From an uncultured delta proteobacterium (lineage in GTDB: Bacteria > Myxococcota_A > Polyangia > Polyangiales > Polyangiaceae): a stretch of DNA of 64,000 nucleotides. Below the pieces are notes generated by a model that saw nothing but the letters and a program-made list of their open reading frames with translations, did no database searches and was not told where the DNA came from. Shown piece by piece: positions 61,067 to 64,000 of the stretch. The DNA lies in assembly GCA_963763745.1 (NCBI GenBank), contig CAVXQJ010000016.1:193029-257028 (forward strand), read 5' to 3'. Position 1 is the stretch's first letter. The number at the start of each line of letters is the position of its first letter. Made by a program: the position numbers and the translations under genes.

Positions 61067-62328
61067 ATGAGTGCAGCGCGTTTCGGCATGGCGAACACGA
61101 ATCGACTCGGGGCCGAGGACACCGCGTGGCTTCACATGGAAGACGCGACCAACCCGATGGTGGTCAACGCGCTGTTCGAGCTCGGCGGCACGCTCGACGT
61201 CGCACGCTTGTGGTCGCTCGTCGAAACGCGCTCGCTTCCGCCGCGCTTTCGCGCGCGCGTGGTCGAAGCGCATCGCCCGTTTGCGCTTCCGCGTCTCGAG
61301 ACCGATCCGGCTTTCGATTTCGGCCAGCACATCGTTCACGTCGAGCTCGAGCCGGGCGAAGACGCGCTGCGCGCGTTCGTCGATCGGCAAGTGAGCTCGC
61401 TGCTCCCGCGCGACCGACCGCTGTGGTGCACGTTCGTGATCGATCGCGTCGGCGCGCCGACGTGCTTGCTGTTCCGCGTGCACCACTCGCTCGCGGATGG
61501 ATTCGCGTTGCTCGGTCAGCTCCGTTTGCTCTGCGACGAGCACGAGCACGTCGCGCCGCCTCCAGCGACGAAGGGCACCCGCGAGGGTGGCGTGCTGCGG
61601 CAGAGCGCAGCGCTCGCTCGGCTCGTCACGCTGCCGAGCGATCCGCACACCGTGTTCAAGCATTCGCTCGGCGAAGAGAAGCGCGTCGCGTGGTCGCGCC
61701 CGATTCCCATCAGCACCGTCAAGGCGATCGCTCGCGGCGCGTTTGCAACGGTCAACGACGTGATGGTCTCCGCGGTCGCGAGCGCGCTCGGACGACAGCT
61801 CACGATGCGCGGCGGTGACGGCGCACAAGACGTCAGCGCGATGGTGCCCGTGAATCTCCGACCGACGGAAGAGAATCCGACGTCCGGAAATCAATTCGGC
61901 CTGATCCTTCTCTCGCTTCCCGTTGGAGAGATGAGCGCCACGTCGCGTTTGCACGAAGTGAAGTGGCGCATGGATCGGATAAGAAGACGCCCGAAGCGTT
62001 CGTCGCGTTCGATTTGCTCGGCGCGATGGGACACATGCCGACGCGACTCGAGAACCTCGGCGTCGCGTTCTTCGGCAAGAAGGCGTCGCTCGTGCTCACG
62101 AACGTTCCCGGTCCGCGCGAGCGGCTCCACCTCGGCGGCGTTCCGATCGAGCGCATCGTGTTCTGGGCGCCGCAAGCCGGCCGCATGGGGCTCGGCATCA
62201 GCATCTTCAGCTACGCGGGCGAGGTCACCGTCGGCGTCATCGCGGACACGCTCGTCGTGCCGCGGCCCGAGGAGCTCATCGCCGCAGTCGACGCGGAGCT
62301 CGCCGCGCTCGTCTCTACGACGTCATAA
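61067..62328 (+). pseudogene. Wax ester synthase/diacylglycerol acyltransferase (WS/DGAT) with a frameshift near 61975
   Basis: HHSLADG active-site motif in frame 2. The C-terminal LTNVPGP…SYAGEV… segment continues in ORF 61963..62328 (frame 1). Confidence 0.75.
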
Positions 62329-62399
62329 CTTGCGCGTCATTGCGCTACGTGCGTGCAAGGCGTGCTGCGTGCGCGCCGCGAGTGCGCGAAGCAAACGCA

Positions 62400-64000
62400 T
62401 GATGTTGCGGAAAACGCGTTGGCGTGGACGTTGCTCTTGTGCCTCGGCGTGAAGTCGCTCCTCCCGCTTCTGGTTTTGCTCGCCGCTTGCGCGCCGAGCA
62501 TCCCGCAAAATCCGACGCCAAGCGTCATCGTCGTTCAGTTCGATCCGGGAGCGGCCGTTCCCGTCGTGCCGACGCCGAACGATCTCGCGCGCGATCCATC
62601 GACGGGCCTCGTCGTCGTGCCGAAGACGCCCGGCGAGACCGCGACGCAGCGCGAGTTCGAAGACACGTATCTCCAAACGCTCGCGGGCTTTCCCTTCGAG
62701 AGCACCGCGCTCGTGACGATGAACGGCGATCTCGATCCGACGACGGTGACCGCACAGTCGGTGCTCGCTCTCGACGTCGCGAACATGACGCCCGTTGCGA
62801 TCGCGCCCGCGTACGATCAGGCCGCGCGATCGATCAGCGTGACGCCGACCGCGGGAACTTGGACGCGTGGTCACACGTATGCGGTCGCGCTCGTCGCGGG
62901 AGCGAACGGTCTTCGTGGCGCGAAGGGAGAGCCGGTCGTCGGATCGGAGACGTGGGCGCTCGTCTCGAGCAGCACGTCGCTCGTCACGTGCACGGATTTG
63001 ACCGCCGCGAATTGCAGGCCGACCGTCGACGTGATCCCGTCGAGCCAAACCGATCCCGCGGCGCGCCTCGCCGATCAAACGGCGAAAGCGATTGCACTCG
63101 AGCAACTTCGCAGGCAGTACGCTCCGCTCCTCGATGGGCTCGCCGCGCAGGGACTTCCGCGCGAGAACGTTCCGATCGCGTGGACGTTCACCATCGTCGA
63201 CGCAGGCGAGGCGACGTTCGATCCCGCGCACGGCGTGATTCCATTTCCGAACGACCTCCTCCGTACCGGCGGCAAAGTGAATTTGCCGAATCCGAAGACG
63301 CAAGCGCCGCTCACGTCCGCCGACTGCACCGCGCCGACCGATCCGCTCCTCGCGATCACGTGCGGCCTCAACACGCTCGATGGGTTCTCGACGCTCGCGC
63401 CGCCCGTCAGCGAGAACTCGGACACGCTCGGCGCCGTCGCGCAAGCGAGCATCGACCCCGCATCGCTCAGCGCTGCATCCGTCGGGCTCCTTCCCGTCGC
63501 GACGCAAGCGCCCGCCGGCGAGTCGACCGCGCCGCACTTCACGCCGTGCCTCAATTGTCTCTCGAGCACGGATTCGGGCGGCAACCCGCAGACGACGCCG
63601 CAGCAGCTGCAATGGAAGCTCGACGCGCCGCTCGACGAACGCACGACCTACTTCGCATACGTCACGAGCGGCGTGAAGGACTCGACGGGCAAGCCCGTCA
63701 TCGCCAATCCGATTTTCGCGATGCTCAGGCTCACGAATCCGCTGTTCGATGGAACGCACACGACGATCAACTTGCTCACCGACGCGCAGGCAGCGCAGCT
63801 CGAGCCGCTCCGCGTCGCGATGAAGCCCGCGCTCGATGGGCTCGGTCAAGCGGGCATCGCGCGTTCGTCACTCGCGCTCGCGTTCGGGTTCACGACGGTC
63901 TCGGAAGCGAGCGTGCTCGATCAGCTCCACGCGTATCCGTATGGACCCATCTCCGCGGTCGTACCGGACTCGCCGCTCTACGTCGTCGATGCGACCGCGC
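62400..64000 (+). CDS. Large lipoprotein, hypothetical (3' partial; not in the ORF track because no stop lies within the window)
   Basis: The frame that opens after the 62326 stop reads …LLLCLGVKSLLPLLVLLAACAPSIPQNPTPS… and stays open to the window end. An ATG N-terminus (MMLRKTRWRGR) lies in the -1 frame. Confidence 0.55.

Noticed and set aside
60062-62452. 796-aa plus-strand ORF treated as one gene
   Set aside because: The first ~335 aa are antisense junk over the acyltransferase gene. Only 61067 onward (WS/DGAT) is real, and the Ser/Arg-rich tail after ~61980 is the wrong frame.
62323-63849. 508-aa minus-strand ORF
   Set aside because: Arg-rich. It is antisense to a well-behaved plus-strand lipoprotein frame that stays open to the window end.

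Overview
This is a ~70% GC window that looks like a Myxococcota chromosome. Evidence for that placement: many lipoprotein signals, Ser/Thr kinases, ECF sigma factors, two-component systems and Cys-rich secreted proteins. The window holds roughly 65 genes and no rRNA, tRNA or CRISPR.

Clear housekeeping genes are acnA, thyA, folA, glyS, gpsA, phhA, trmY, a Glu/Leu dehydrogenase and a squalene/phytoene-synthase-family gene.

Regulators are an ECF sigma/anti-sigma pair, two TetR, one AraC, one LuxR, two sensor histidine kinases, a response regulator and a GAF Ser/Thr kinase.

The most interesting gene (25627-28320, minus strand) encodes a ClpA-like double-AAA+ unfoldase. It carries a ClpP-docking-type IGF loop and is fused to an RF2-like decoding module (RF2 domain 2 plus the C-terminal tail) that has lost the GGQ peptidyl-tRNA hydrolase domain. 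This is a candidate ribosome-associated quality-control factor.

A four-helix-bundle (23S rRNA IVS / Avd-like) gene sits in a cassette whose arms are inverted tandem heptamers, (GGGCTNN)4. The cassette lies exactly between the thyA stop and the folA start. A 98-bp gene-less copy of the same cassette lies exactly between two convergent stop codons at 34348-34445.

Many genes are disrupted: glnS has at least 8 single-nt frameshifts; a CrtI-like oxidoreductase has 3; WS/DGAT, a cytochrome-c lipoprotein and another lipoprotein have 1 each; D-aminoacylase has an in-frame TGA; a Coq4-family gene has an in-frame TAG. Either local homopolymer sequencing errors or real gene decay could explain this.

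Other observations: a 45-bp motif shared by the 5' leaders of gpsA and a methyltransferase gene; a 125-bp duplication that leaves a TraB 5' pseudogene fragment; a lipid-metabolism cluster; a stand-alone PEP-utilizing mobile domain with His->Asp; and a Leu-dehydrogenase/ATP-grasp pair.

Many long ORFs in the track are GC artefacts and were rejected. ORF-track 'M' residues include GTG/TTG starts.
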